Source: an uncultured Nitrospinota bacterium (GTDB lineage Bacteria > Tectomicrobia > Entotheonellia > J063 > CAVPRW01). Taken from it: DNA of 64,000 nucleotides. Of this stretch, positions 11,291-22,975 are shown piece by piece. The DNA is taken from assembly GCA_963707985.1 (NCBI GenBank), contig CAVPRW010000009.1, forward strand, positions 96,001-160,000. Reading direction: 5' to 3'. The notes under the pieces were generated by a model. That model was given only the letters and a program-made list of their open reading frames with translations, made no database searches and had not been told where the DNA came from. Made by a program: the position numbers and the translations under genes. Each line of letters opens with the position of its first letter. Positions within the stretch are counted from its first letter, which is position 1.

Positions 11291-12320
11291 TCTGTTTTAC
11301 TCGGTGGCATGTCAGATATCATCGTCTTCTCACTCGACAATCTCGAAGGCCTCGGCCGCCAGCGTGGCGATGTCCGCGGTCCGCATCCGCTCCAGCAACG
11401 GCCTTACCTGGTCGGGGTGGCGCTGGCTGAGGTGGTAGAGCCGCATTGGGCCCCGCCGGGCTGGTTCGCCACCGGCAGCCAGGCGGGCAGGACAGCGCCA
11501 CAATCGAGCCAGCGATCGCATGTACGTGGGGCATTGGTCCTCCTCTCCTCCCACTCACCCCTTGGCTCATGGGTGAGGCGCCTATGCCTGGGCGAGCTGC
11601 TTGATCCGTGCGCTGATGTCCTCGATCGAGGGGATTGGATGAAAGACGTGGCCCGTCCTGATGGGGGCCCTGCGGTTCGCCACGATGATGTCAGCCTTCG
11701 GCGGGAGAGGGAGGGGCAGCAGCGGCCGTGTCATGGACTCGGCAAACCGCACGAGCGCGATGAACGCGTGCTCCATATAGAGGAGCGCGTGCACCGGTGG
11801 ATGACCATAGATCAGCGCTGTCGGACTCCCCGCCTCGGGGTTGCTAGGCAGCAGCATCGGACACCGCATATGGAAGGAGTTCAAGCGTCACATGGGTCGG
11901 CGAGTTGAGATGAACCACGGGTTCGGTTGCCCGAGCGGCCCATTGTTCATCAAGGGCTGAGCGCAACGCGACAAGATGCGTCAGCAGCCTAAGGGGTGGC
12001 TGAATCATGACTCATACCTCTGCCCGCTGCCGACGTTCAGCGGCAGCGCTTTGGCATGAACCTGTCACGCACGATCACGGTTCGGTTATGTCACGAAGCA
12101 CAGGGCGACGATGAGCACCAGAGTCGCCAGAATGGCGAGGATGCCCCTGACGCTCCCGAGGCCAACCACATCCGTGCCGACGGTGAAGTAGAACCCCACC
12201 GTCAGGGCGACGATCAGGAGAACAAAAATCCGTGCTGCTGTGCGCTTGGACCGTCTCGCAGGTACGGAATACCAGTCGGATTCATCCTGTGGTTAGGTGG
12301 TGATCGTGCTAGCGCCAACG

Positions 12321-12533
12321 TTACAAGTCTTGAGGTTGAAGTCCTGTACGCCTGGCGATCCTGGCGAGCATGCGAGGACCGATCGCTTCAGCGTCATGGA
12401 AGGCAAAGACGACGTCAGGCCATCCAGGGCGAGAGAGGACACGGTGGGACCCATCTTGCCGTTTGATGCGCCAGCCCACACGCAGCAGAGCCGCCAGGAC
12501 TCGTCTCGCGCTCGTGCTGGACCAGGTGCTCAT
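12321..12533 (-). CDS. hicA: HicA toxin
   Basis: GWRIKRQDGSHRVL...AFHDAEAIGPRMLARIARRTG; ATGA overlap with hicB. Confidence 0.9.
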   Translation of the reverse strand: MSTWSSTSARRVLAALLRVGWRIKRQDGSHRVLSRPGWPDVVFAFHDAEAIGPRMLARIARRTGLQPQDL

Positions 12534-12736
12534 ACGGCGGCGAAGGAAATACTCACCAGGTCTGGGCCGGCCTCGCCATGGTCGAGACGGTCCGCCACGA
12601 CACGGAGCGCCAACGCTTGGACCTTGGCCGTCGCTTCCTCAGGACTCTGGCCATACGTCAGTACGCCAGGCAGTTCAAGGACTTCGGCGATCCAGCGGCC
12701 GTCATCTTCCTGCTCGATTTCCACCGTCAATGTCAT
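12530..12736 (-). CDS. hicB: HicB antitoxin (short form)
   Basis: VEIEQEDDGRWIAEVLELPGVLTYGQSPEEA; GGAGG RBS. Confidence 0.9.
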   Translation of the reverse strand: MTLTVEIEQEDDGRWIAEVLELPGVLTYGQSPEEATAKVQALALRVVADRLDHGEAGPDLVSISFAAV

Positions 12737-13223
12737 CGCAACCCTCCATTTCTCCCATCGCCTCTCATTCTACTCTCTGCTTTGCCTGGAGGGTAGTCCC
12801 CATGACAAAGCCACTTAGACCCGATGATTTGCCCTGCGTGCACATCAGAAAGTCTGACGATTTGGACAACGCTTGCGCCAAAAGTAACGCCTTTTGGCAC
12901 AAGCGGTTGCGATGCAGATCATATCAATGCTCAGGTTCGGCCGGGCTCACGCCGCGGCCGTCACTATCCGATGTGAGAAACACGCGAGCGGCGGCTGGAA
13001 CCTGTGGTGAGTCGACATGCCTGCTCTTGACACGTTTCCACACTCCTCTCGCCACTCGCACCGGTAAGACTATGCCCGCCAGCTGGCGATGGCTGCCATG
13101 ACCTGGAGTGACGGCGACGCATGTCGGAATACAGCTCCGCCAGCACGATCACCATGACACACACCGCTACGGCAATGACGAGGAGGGCAGCAAAACACGT
13201 CAGGGCGGTCAGCGCGTCTCTCA

Positions 13224-13466
13224 TCAGCACAGGAACACGCGGTTCCTATGGGCGGCGGTCTGGCGGCGCTCCGGCGGCGCTCCGGCGGCGCATGTGACAC
13301 ACGACAGCCAGCGGCCGATGGCGTTGGACCTGCCCTCTGCCGTAATGACCCACGGCCGGTTACTCCATGGCGGATGATGGCGCACATGTTGGGTGTGGCC
13401 GCACTCAAGCTCAGCCACCCAGTGCTGCTCATCGTCCTGATGGAAGCCCACAAGGCGGCGCTCCAT
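13224..13466 (-). CDS. DUF3565-like small protein
   Basis: MERRLVGFHQDDEQHWVAELECGHTQHVRHHPPW...LSCVTC; starts just after the intron 3' end. Confidence 0.75.
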   Translation of the reverse strand: MERRLVGFHQDDEQHWVAELECGHTQHVRHHPPWSNRPWVITAEGRSNAIGRWLSCVTCAAGAPPERRQTAAHRNRVFLC

Positions 13467-13484
13467 GGTGGTTCCCTTGTCGCC

Positions 13485-14128
13485 ATCGCGGTAGGACGGC
13501 CAGTTACCCGACCGCCTCCACACAGATCCCGGCGGGCGGTTTTCCCGCACCGGGCTCTTCAGGAAGACTCGCGTCCGCAGTCCAGCCTCGGCACGCCCAG
13601 TGGCCAATCTCGGAGGCAGACGCCCGACGATGTGAGGGCGCTCAACCCGGAAGTGGTGCAACAGGTCTCAAAACCCGCTCCACGTATCGCTCCGCCGCTG
13701 GCTGCGACGATTGAGCCATGTGAACAGGATTCGCAGCACACCGGTGAAGAACTCCTGCAGGCTGGCAGAGTTCCCGTTAACGCCATCGTCGTGGTAGTAG
13801 CCCCGCAACTTGGCGTTCACCTCCCTGAACAGATCGTTCAGCCTGTCGTGACACTTCTCCTTGCACCACTCGGTGACCCGCTTGAGCGAGTTTCGCCGCT
13901 TCTGGCGCGATGTCCGGCGCTTGAGGTGGGGCTTGCCTGCCCGGTTTCGCCCCCAGCGACACTCAAAGCCCAGACAGTCGAAGCTGGTCTGGCCGGGCAC
14001 CTGCTGCCGGGTGAACGGGATCACCCGCGTCTTGTCCGGCGACAGCTCCAGCCCGAAGTTGCCCAGCCGTTGGCCCAGCGCCCGGTAGAACCGCTCCGCG
14101 TCGGCCTGATATTGGAACGCGCACACGA
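13485..14128 (-). mobile_element. ltrA: Group II intron remnant (outer): RT/maturase C-terminal half plus domains V-VI
   Basis: VCAFQYQADAERF...GLELSPDKTR...FDCLGF...NAKLRGYY; DV/DVI GAGCCCGGTGCGGGAAAACCGCCCGCCGGGATCTG...CCTACCGCGAT at 13557-13485; premature stop at 13668. Confidence 0.85.
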
Positions 14129-14463
14129 GTCGAGTCGCGCGGGGGACTCGCACTCCCACGCGCTCACAGATCCGGACGTGAGCCTCTCGGCTCATCCGGC
14201 TCGTATCGTGCCGCCCCCGCATGCCAGAGGCGCCGGGGTGCGAACAGTCCCGGCTGCCGCCGGGATACACGCCGCCCCCAGTGCTCTGCCCGCCGCCGCT
14301 GTCGCCGCACGCGTTGGTCTTGCGCCATCGCCCACCTGGCCAGTGGCCGGTCGAGGGGCTGGAGGGTCGGGTACAGGGCCGACTGGTAGGAGCGCGTGGA
14401 GTAGGTGAACCAGCCTTGGATGATGGGATTGCACATCCGCGCAGATCGTCGCGCTGTTGGTCC
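14129..14463 (-). mobile_element. ltrA: Group II intron remnant (inner): maturase domain X end plus domains V-VI
   Basis: CNPIIQGWFTY...SALYPTLQPLDRPLARWA; DV/DVI GAGCCGGATGAGCCGAGAGGCTCACGTCCGGATCTG...GCGACTCGAC at 14202-14129. Confidence 0.82.
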
Positions 14464-15665
14464 AGCCGAGCTATGCGCTGGTGTGAGAATCCGAGGTTGT
14501 CATAACGCCCTTCTTTGTCGTAACCCACGATACGAGAAGTTACGATGGTAGTGTTCCCCGGATAGGTTTGTAACAGCTCCGCCACACGGGTGCGCACGGT
14601 TGCTTTGAAATGAGGACTTGGGAGTTCATCCAAGCCGTCGAGGAATATGATGGCTTGCCCGGAATAGAGGTGGTAGTCAAAAAACTCCCTTTCCCCTGCA
14701 GAGAGGCCGAGGTCACTCCGCGTCAACTCGAGCATATAATTCAACAGGCTTAACCGTGGCCGCGACTTCAGCTCGTCGACATATCGTCTCAGCGTCACCA
14801 GGACGGGCAGACGATTATCCCTATTAGTGCCGAACCGCGTTATAAGTTGTGGATGACTCCCGGCAAGGGCCAGAAAACGCAGCAGTGTGGACTTACCGGA
14901 ACCAGGATCGCCGAGAATGACCTGACGGGCACCCGGGGTGAGTAGATTGAGAGGATTAGTGCGCTTAACTGGTGTATCCGGCTCCACAGCGCTCTCGGGC
15001 ACAACTCGGAGCGGTATATATATCCGGTCCATGTCCACACTGACCGAGGCTTCTTCTTTGTAAACGGACATCCCCACAAACTGGATCTTCCCGTGCAGTT
15101 TCGCGAACTCCTGGTCATATCGCTGCCGAGTCACTGTAATCGCCTGCCGGCGTTTTGGCCCATCAGGCAGGGACTCTGGGTAGTAATGCAAGCCGAGGGG
15201 GGGGAAGGTAACTAGCATGTCCTTCAAGCACCTCGCATCCCACCACGTTGTAACGCACTTCTCCGGCAGCATGCTGCATAGCATATCCAGGTATTTCTTG
15301 AAATCACCGCTTGCGCCGGACTTAGTATTTGCTACTGCACGGGGCTGAGCGATTATTAAGCGCGTAGGTTGCCCACAAGCCCTCAGTTCCTTGATTTGCT
15401 CTCCGGCTAAATTCGAGAGTAACTCGTAATCCCCCCCGTCGCTCCGCGATGGTAGCCGACACAAGCACAAAGTGTCCCCCGCTAGCCAAAGGCCCTGGCC
15501 GAGACGGACTGGAGTGACGATTCTTCGCCGCACACGTACTCGCGACGTATGGATGCGAAGAAGCACTGACACGATATGCTCGAACTCGGCGTCACCAGCG
15601 CTGTTCTTGGGGAGCAACTCGGCGAGTGGCCGAAAAGAAGGCTGCTTGGGGGTGGATGTAGCCAT
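14464..15665 (-). pseudogene. NACHT NTPase protein, 3'-truncated, with possible N-terminal nuclease-like domain
   Basis: IYIPLRV, Walker A ILGDPGSGKST, Walker B IFLDGLDE, IVTSR; GGAGG RBS before MATSTPK; ends at the intron remnant. Confidence 0.85.
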
Positions 15666-16124
15666 AGCTCCTCCGAGCGGCGTAGCCTGCCAGTAAAAGA
15701 CCGGACCTAGAAGCTCTCGGAACACGCGACTAGACATCGTGGGAAGGTTTTTCCTTAGTCTATTTTAGCATAGATCGATATCTTGGTCCCCTCATTGGAT
15801 TCTGTTACATAGAGGTTAATCATCCTGATTCCCTGCTGCGCACACACATGCGCACGCTAATGAGATACATCTCTCCATGGTCGAAGCAGTGCGTCGAGCT
15901 GACCCCTCCCACGACGCATAGTTAGAAGGACTGTGTAATTCCACTTTGCCAAACCTCCTTGATGACGTAGCACAGTCCATATACAATGCCCCCAAATGAT
16001 GTGCAGCAAGTGGTGAGCGCAGCGATTCATTGGAGGGTTTGCACCCAACAGTCGCAGCCGCCGGCACGGGACAATTGTATTTTCCTTCGATACCGGCAGT
16101 CCGTCCCTATGAGAGGAGATGATT

Positions 16125-16902
16125 ATGGAGCTAGAAGGACAGGTTGCGATCGTGACGGGCGCAGGTCGCGGCATCGGACGTGCCACCGCCCTCGAACTGG
16201 CGCAGATGGGGGCTGACATCGTCGTCGCTGAGCTGGAGGGCTCCAGTGCCGAACGCACGGCCGATGCGGTGAAAGCCCTCGGCCGCCGCGCCAGCGTCGT
16301 GCGAACGGACGTCACCTCGCTCGTCGATCTTAACGACGATGGCAGCACGCACGCGGGCCGAGTTCGGGCGCATCGACATCCTCGTCAATAATGCCGGCAT
16401 CTACCGGGCCGCAGCGCCGCTGGACATCACCGAGGAGCACTGGGATGCGGTCATGAACGTCAACGCGAAAGCGGTATTCTTTGCCAGCCAGGCTGTGCTG
16501 CCGACGATGATCGCCCAAAAGCGTGGCACGATCATCAGCCTGGCGTCGATGGCAGGCAAGGTGGGCAGTCGTAGCAACCTGCCCTACAACGCCAGTAAGG
16601 CGGCCGTGATCAGCATCACCAAGAGTCTGGCGCTCGCCCATGCTGCCGACGGTATTCGAGTCAACTGCGTCTGCCCCGGCTTCGTCGAGACCGACATGTG
16701 GATGGCGGTGGCGCGTGAGCAGGGCGCTCTCATGGGCCTATCCTCTGAGGAGTTTACTCGTCGACGCGCTGCACAGGTGCCGCTCGGACGCATGGAGCGT
16801 CCAGAGGACGTCGCTCACGTCATTGGCTTCCTCGCCTCTGAGCGAGCAGCCTACATGACCGGGCAGGCAATCAACGTGACGGGTGGTCTCATCATGCACT
16901 GA
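16125..16902 (+). pseudogene. SDR oxidoreductase, single frameshift near 16330 (possibly an assembly error)
   Basis: VTGAGRGIG in one frame; ILVNNAG, YNASK, VNCVCPG in the next. Confidence 0.85.
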
Positions 16903-17322
16903 ACGCTCAACTCGCGGACTTCTCGATGTTCTCCGCACATCCTAGCGCTGTATTAACTGTCCTCACTGCTTTCGGCGATGAGACTTTCGCCCGCTGCCAG
17001 CTGCTCGGGTGCTCACCCCTCTGCAATGGCACCCAGCAGCTGGGTTGCAAACCGTCGATGACTGGCAAGCCACGAGTTCGTATATTGATGCTCGTCTGTC
17101 GCATGCCAGACAACTCCAGACGCTTGTTCACGAAATGCCCACAGGCGCCTAAAACCGTAAAGCCTGAAAATCTCGGGAAGGCGTCTCCAACGACAGAAAA
17201 CGTCAGCCACAGTCCCACCTCATGCTCTTTCGATGCGCCGTGTCTAATCAAACAGTTCGACGCGGAAGTCAGTTGAGACGCCTGTAGCATTGAACGCCCA
17301 TAGCCGCGCTACCGCCGCGTCT

Positions 17323-20012
17323 TCACCGGGAAAGCCCGCACACTGTCAGTGTGCTCGGTTGCCCCTGAGGCAGCACCTCCACGAATGCGTGGGTAACATC
17401 GTCAATCCGGTTTTCGCAAATGACGGTGTTCAACGGGGAGTTGGGGCTCCCATCGCCGTTCAAGATCCCATACGCGGTTCTCGGTGCGCCGAGCTGCGTT
17501 GGGTGTGGAATCGGCATCTTCGAGATCGTGTTTCCAAACACGAGAGTGTCGACATACCCTGGCGTCCGAGGAGATTCGATATTCCAGTTTCCTCCTATGC
17601 TCACGGATACTGCCGCGGCGTAGGGGGGATTGTCATGGCCACCGGGACCACTGGAAGGGTCGGCGAGCACGGCATTTTTAATGTTGTTAAGGGAGACTGA
17701 GACGCCGAATCCCATATAGTCTGTCGTAGCCTGTGGTTGAAAGTTCCCATCGAGCATCCCAGCCTGGGTATCAAGGTGAATGCCGCTGCCGTAGATATCC
17801 TCTGGGCGTGGCTGGTTTGGATTTGTGGGCCCGTCGAAGCCGAACGAACCCTCGATCGTATTCCCCCGAACCTCGACGAAATACTGATTGACTTGAGCAC
17901 TGTAAAAGACGTAGCTGCCGGTCAACGTCACTCCCGAGTATGCCGAGGAGCCGACAAGCATGACGTAGTAGGGGCCGGCTAACGGGTTGTTGATGTTGAT
18001 GGTGCAGGTCTCGTTGGAGCCCGTCTGGTGCGAATGGCAATCGTACTCCGTCAATGTGGGGTGCGAGCTCGCCTTCACGTACAGGGCGGCATCGTTGCTC
18101 GCGCTGGTCGAACCACTGGTCGTGAAGGTCGCGTAGGCCGCTCCCGGCGGAACGTCGAGCCGATAGAAGGTCTGCGAATCCATGACCCCCGATAGGTTGG
18201 AGAGTGGCAGGTTATTGGTCAGCACAACATCCCCGGGGGCACAGTCTGCGCAGGGGCCGACCCTATAGTTGGCGTGGTACGACGTATTGACGTAGATTCC
18301 AGCAGTCTTGAATTGCTGGTTCGATTCGATCGCACTGTCCACGGTGGATGCGGAGAGGCCGATGAGGCCCTGGTTGTTATAGTGCAACCCGGATGTGCCG
18401 GCGGTGTAGTCGGAGACACCGGTGTAAGTGGACAAGTCTGTCGAGCAGCCATTGTCGATAATGTTGTCCACGATATAGAGCTGCCATGACTGCTGGGAGA
18501 CGATGATGTGCGAATGACGTGGAGCGGGTAGCACGTCAAAAGGCGGCGACACCGTAAACTGAATGTCCGCGCCTGGCGTCATCGACGCGCGGGTGATCTT
18601 ACGTGTTTGGCCGAGGCCAGGCCCGAAGTCTACCCGTATCCAACGGCCAGTGTACTCGCCCTTTTCGACCGACAGGTACATCTCACCCACGGCCGGCGTG
18701 ATGGTCACTTCGTCCCCAGACGGCGATACCGAGGTCACCCCCTGCCCGGACTTGAAGCCCACACGGTCGAGATTCGAGTCAGTGCCAATGGCTTCTCCAT
18801 CAAAGCCATACCTGGTACCGACACAGGAAATCTTGTTGCCGGCAATGAGGAGATGTTCGTGAGAGGTCAGGTGAGGGAAGAAGAACCCGGCTCGCCACCC
18901 CAGATACTTGGTCCCATTGGGCGTCGGGCCACCAGCCGGACCCGTGCCGCTATACGTCTGTATAGTGCCATCAACCGTGTTCGCGCTGATGTCGAGATGG
19001 CGTGAGCCGGCAACACCCAGCGCGATAGGAGCCTCCCATGCGCCAGGCCAGAATGTATTATGCGAAATGACGCTGTCCTCGACAGCGCCATAGATACCGA
19101 TGGCGTTGTAATAGGCGCCAAACGTGTTCCCCGTGATAACCACATTCTTGTAGCCGAACACGCCGGCGTTCGGGTCGATGCCGAGCCATCGGTCCGTGAG
19201 TTGGTTCGATCGATAACTTCCTACCCCCCAATAGGTATCGTCGAAGAAGTTGTCAGTGACGGTGATGTCGTTCCCTCCGAGCAGGAGCGGCCCTGAGCCC
19301 GGACTGCTCCCTCCGTGGATGTTCGAGAGTGACGGGGTATAGTTGTCGTGGAACCGTATGCCTCGAACGACATTGTTACCGGTCAGCAAGAACAAGTTTT
19401 GCCGGAGATTCGGGTCGACATTCGGATCCGCGGTGGGGTCTTGCTTCTTCTTCTGAGCTTGGACCCAATCGATGAAGGGTGTATCGAAGAGGATGTCTGT
19501 CTGGATCGTCGTCAAGCCCGGTGATCCGACAAGATTGACACCTGCCGGAACAGAGATGCCAACCCCCGTATGGAGGGGCTCACACGCCTGGTACGGTGGC
19601 GGCAGTATGTCGGCAGGGGGCGCACTCCCCGGAGGAGTGGTAAAGACGTACGAGTCGACACCGTATGCGTTCGGGTCAACATTCCCATCGGCGGCCGGCG
19701 GCCAGCATGCGGCAAGGTTCCAGGCTGGACGAGCGGCTGAGTCGTGTCAGAGATGCCCTGATAGACCACCAATGTTTGCGGGGTGAAATCGACCCCCGGT
19801 ATGAGCAATACGTCACCTGGATCCCCGCGAACTGGGCTCTGATACTGTGGATTGTGATAGAGGAGGGGCTTAGGCGAGGCGCAGATCGGGGCACTTGCGG
19901 CTCCCACGGATCGCTCTGCTGCAGTGGATGTGCCGGCCACGCCGAGGGCGAGCGCGGCCACGGTAGCAACGAAGACCGAAAACGTAGACGGCAGCGTCAG
20001 TTGTCTTTTCAT
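17323..20012 (-). pseudogene. Large secreted beta-helix-like protein with internal PPC domain; frame break near 19700
   Basis: Signal peptide at 20012 (MKRQLTLPSTFSVFVATVAALALGVA); second frame open from ~19745 to 17323 with VITGNTF / ISHNTF / ISANTV repeats and a PPC-like module. Confidence 0.65.
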
Positions 20013-20280
20013 GGCTCGTGAACCTCGTTGGTATGTGGGATGCTGTTGTCAGGGCTGATTGTCGACGGTTGTATTGAAAATCGTGCAGCGATATTTCACG
20101 ATACGGCCGGCGAATCCATTTTGGGGCGAGCTAGTTCGCTAACAAGGTGAGTGTACAAGCATTTACCGCTCCTGCATCGTGCTCGTACATGGACTCACCA
20201 GCCGTATCGTTTCACCAGGTTACAGAGGGCTAAAGACGCATTTGTTGTTTTTTGTATCAGAACCTCTCTCTCCCTCCTTC

Positions 20281-20508
20281 CTACTCCTTTTCCCCCACTG
20301 GCTCGAACCCTATGGTGAGGAGGTCAGTATCGGGGTCGAACATACAAGGCTTCTCGTTGCGCAACAAATCCACTAAAGCCACTAATTCTTCCGGTCCTGA
20401 CACGTCCCGATAGTGTACGAGGCCAGAAGAGACGCTCAGCGCTATTCTGTAGTAGCGCTGACCTGGCTTTGTAAAGACGGCATATTGCGTGACCGGCTGA
20501 TTTGCCAT
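20281..20508 (-). CDS. Small hypothetical protein (75 aa)
   Basis: MANQPVTQY...LVDLLRNEKP...EPVGEKE with purine-rich RBS; protein-like composition. Confidence 0.6.
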   Translation of the reverse strand: MANQPVTQYAVFTKPGQRYYRIALSVSSGLVHYRDVSGPEELVALVDLLRNEKPCMFDPDTDLLTIGFEPVGEKE

Positions 20509-21226
20509 TGCACTGTCCCCCCTGTTTTTTGACGGTAAAAGTCTGCGCGAGTCCAGCGCAGACTCATCATCCCAGCATGGAGAGCCATTGTCTCCACGCA
20601 ACTCGCTCCCTGTATCAGCGATGAAGCTGGACACCGGGTGCCAGGCAGCTAGCCACGAAGTTCTACATCAGGCATCCCCGTGCGCGATATGGCCCACTAA
20701 CCCCAAGGATCCTCGTATGCTAGCTCATCCCGCCCCCAGCTACCTCTGCCCTGGGAGGGAGCAACTGCCGTGCCAGATCCCTGCCCACGCTCAGCAGCCC
20801 ATAGCGCGGCCGCCGTAGAGTTGTTTTCATGGCGTGGAAGACTTCCAGGCCCCGAACCTGGCAGCCGTTATCCCCACTTTTGGGGGCAAGTAGTGGGGCA
20901 TCTCCCCCACGTCACCCCCACTTTGGAGGAGTTTTCGGTAAGTCTGGGCCCACCAAGAGGTAGCAGGTCAACCCAGTCGCGGAGAAGGGGCGTAGCTCGA
21001 TAGGACGTGATAAGGTCTGCGGGGTATAGCGGTCTCGCTCTCATGAGTCAATCGCTTCACTGCTCCCATTACAACTGTAGGATGAAAGGTCTAAAAGGGC
21101 AGGCTGACCATGGACGCTGAAGACGCATGGAATCCTTTTGACATCGCTTCAGCAGCATGCTAGGGTGACTTGCCCGATACGGGCAGGATGCATAGAAAAC
21201 GGTGCGCAGCCCAGGAGGAGCATGCC

Positions 21227-21883
21227 ATGGCACGGTGGGATAAATTTTGGCGGGATGAGGCCTATGTGTCTCGTAACTGGCTCGATCCCGACCCCGACGT
21301 GGTCCGTCTCAACCCGTTCATGAAAGACCACCAGGTGCGGCGAGTGCTTGATCTCGGCTGCGGTGTGGGTCGCCATCTGGTCTACCTGAGCGGCCAGGGG
21401 TTCGAGATGCATGGCCTTGATCTTTCTCCAGCCGGGGTCGAGCGCTGCCAGAAGGAACTCGCCCAGCACCAGCGGCAGGCGACAGTGCAGGTGGCGGATA
21501 TGTTCGCCATCCCCTATCCTGATCAGTGGTTCGACTGGGTGCTGACCGTTCAAGTGATCTATCATACGACAGCGGCAGCCCTCCAGCAGGCCATTCAGCA
21601 TGTCCATACCAAACTCAAACCGGGTGGATTCTTCTATGTGACGTTTCCCCCGGTCGACAATATCAGTCCTGACAGCGGACAGGAGGTGGAGCCGCGGACA
21701 TACCTCAAGGAAGAGGACGGCGAGCCCCTGCTGCACCACTACGTTACTGCTGAAGAGATCGATGTGCTGATGCGTGGCTATACGCTGCTGGAAAAACGCT
21801 TGGAGCCGCGTGAATCCCGCGATCAGGACGGACAGATCAACAGACGACTGCGCTGGAACGTGCTGGCGCAGCGACCATTGTGA
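21227..21883 (+). CDS. Class I SAM-dependent methyltransferase
   Basis: VLDLGCGVGRH, GLDLS, LKPGG; AGGAGG RBS. Confidence 0.9.
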   Translation: MARWDKFWRDEAYVSRNWLDPDPDVVRLNPFMKDHQVRRVLDLGCGVGRHLVYLSGQGFEMHGLDLSPAGVERCQKELAQHQRQATVQVADMFAIPYPDQWFDWVLTVQVIYHTTAAALQQAIQHVHTKLKPGGFFYVTFPPVDNISPDSGQEVEPRTYLKEEDGEPLLHHYVTAEEIDVLMRGYTLLEKRLEPRESRDQDGQINRRLRWNVLAQRPL

Positions 21884-21908
21884 GAGGGAAACTCAGGGAG
21901 GAGGAGTG

Positions 21909-22877
21909 ATGAAGGCCATTCGCGTGCAGACGCCGGGTGGAATCGAAGCCTTACGTTACGAAGATGTGGCCACGCCAACACCCAAGGCGGGTGAAGCCTT
22001 GGTGAAGATCGAGGCCGTTGGCATCAACTTCATCGATATCTATATTCGTAGCGGCATGTATAAAAACCCGTTGCCCCTCACCTTAGGTCAAGAGGGTGCC
22101 GGCGTCGTGGAGGCAGTCGGACCGAACGTCACTGAAGTCCAGGTGGGGGATCGTGTGGCATACAGTGGCACAGCGGGCTCCTATGCCGAATATGCTGTCG
22201 TGCCAGCCGCTCGCCTGGTCAAAATCCCCGCCGGTCTCGGCGCCCAGGACGCGGCTGCCGCCATGCTCCAGGGGATGACGGCCCATTATCTGGCCCACAC
22301 GACCTACCCACTCAAACCAGGCGACACGGCCCTGATACATGCCGCTGCCGGTGGGGTGGGGTTGTTACTGGTGCAGATGGCCAAGAAGTGCGGCGCGCGG
22401 GTGTTCGGTACAGTGTCAACGGAGGACAAGGCGAAGCTGGCCAAAGAAGCCGGCGCGGATGAGGTCATCCTCTACACGCAGCAGGATTTCGAGGCTGAGG
22501 TGAAGCGTCTGACCAATGGACAAGGACTGCAGGTCGTCTATGATTCGGTCGCCAAGACGACCTTCGAAAAAGGCCTCAATTGTTTGGCGCCGCGGGGCTA
22601 CATGGTACTCTACGGTCAATCCAGCGGCCCGGTGCCGGCATTCGACCTGGCACAACTCGGTGCCAAGGGCTCTTTGTTCATCACCCGCCCAAGCCTGGCA
22701 CACTATACATTGACGCGCGAAGAGCTTCTGCAGCGTTCCGGCGACGTGCTCGGTTGGATTCGCTCCGGACAGTTGAAACTGCGTATCGAGCAGACCTTCC
22801 CTTTAAAGGATGCTGGTGAAGCGCATCGTCGCCTGGAAGGACGCCAGAGCACGGGGAAGCTACTCTTGGTTCCATGA
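21909..22877 (+). CDS. qor: NADPH:quinone oxidoreductase (zeta-crystallin-like MDR)
   Basis: GINFID, LGQEGAG, LQGMTAHYL, HAAAGGVG, KGSLFITRPSL. Confidence 0.92.
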   Translation: MKAIRVQTPGGIEALRYEDVATPTPKAGEALVKIEAVGINFIDIYIRSGMYKNPLPLTLGQEGAGVVEAVGPNVTEVQVGDRVAYSGTAGSYAEYAVVPAARLVKIPAGLGAQDAAAAMLQGMTAHYLAHTTYPLKPGDTALIHAAAGGVGLLLVQMAKKCGARVFGTVSTEDKAKLAKEAGADEVILYTQQDFEAEVKRLTNGQGLQVVYDSVAKTTFEKGLNCLAPRGYMVLYGQSSGPVPAFDLAQLGAKGSLFITRPSLAHYTLTREELLQRSGDVLGWIRSGQLKLRIEQTFPLKDAGEAHRRLEGRQSTGKLLLVP

Positions 22878-22975
22878 GTCATCGGCAGGCTGCCTGGCTG
22901 TGAGGCGAGGCATCAAGTCGCCCCGCCTCAGTCCTTTGTACTCACGACGCAGCAGTGTTCTAGGAGGAGGAGACC

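Noticed and set aside
12275..12298. attC-like half site (ACCTAAC...CCGAC on the minus strand) after hicA
   Set aside because: No matching GTTRRRY arm found and no integron integrase in the window
13262..13291. Tandem GGCGGCGCTCC repeat
   Set aside because: Short GC-rich slippage at a gene end; no evident function
13248..14408. Long plus-strand ORF (386 aa), and similar shadow ORFs such as 49138-50199 and 50184-51140
   Set aside because: They are antisense to recognisable genes in GC-rich DNA and carry no family motifs
13668..15737. 689-aa ORF as a novel NACHT-reverse transcriptase fusion defence protein
   Set aside because: The RT part lacks YADD and everything before it, the linker is translated intron RNA and out-of-frame maturase, and the ORF ends at a premature stop; it is an accidental read-through
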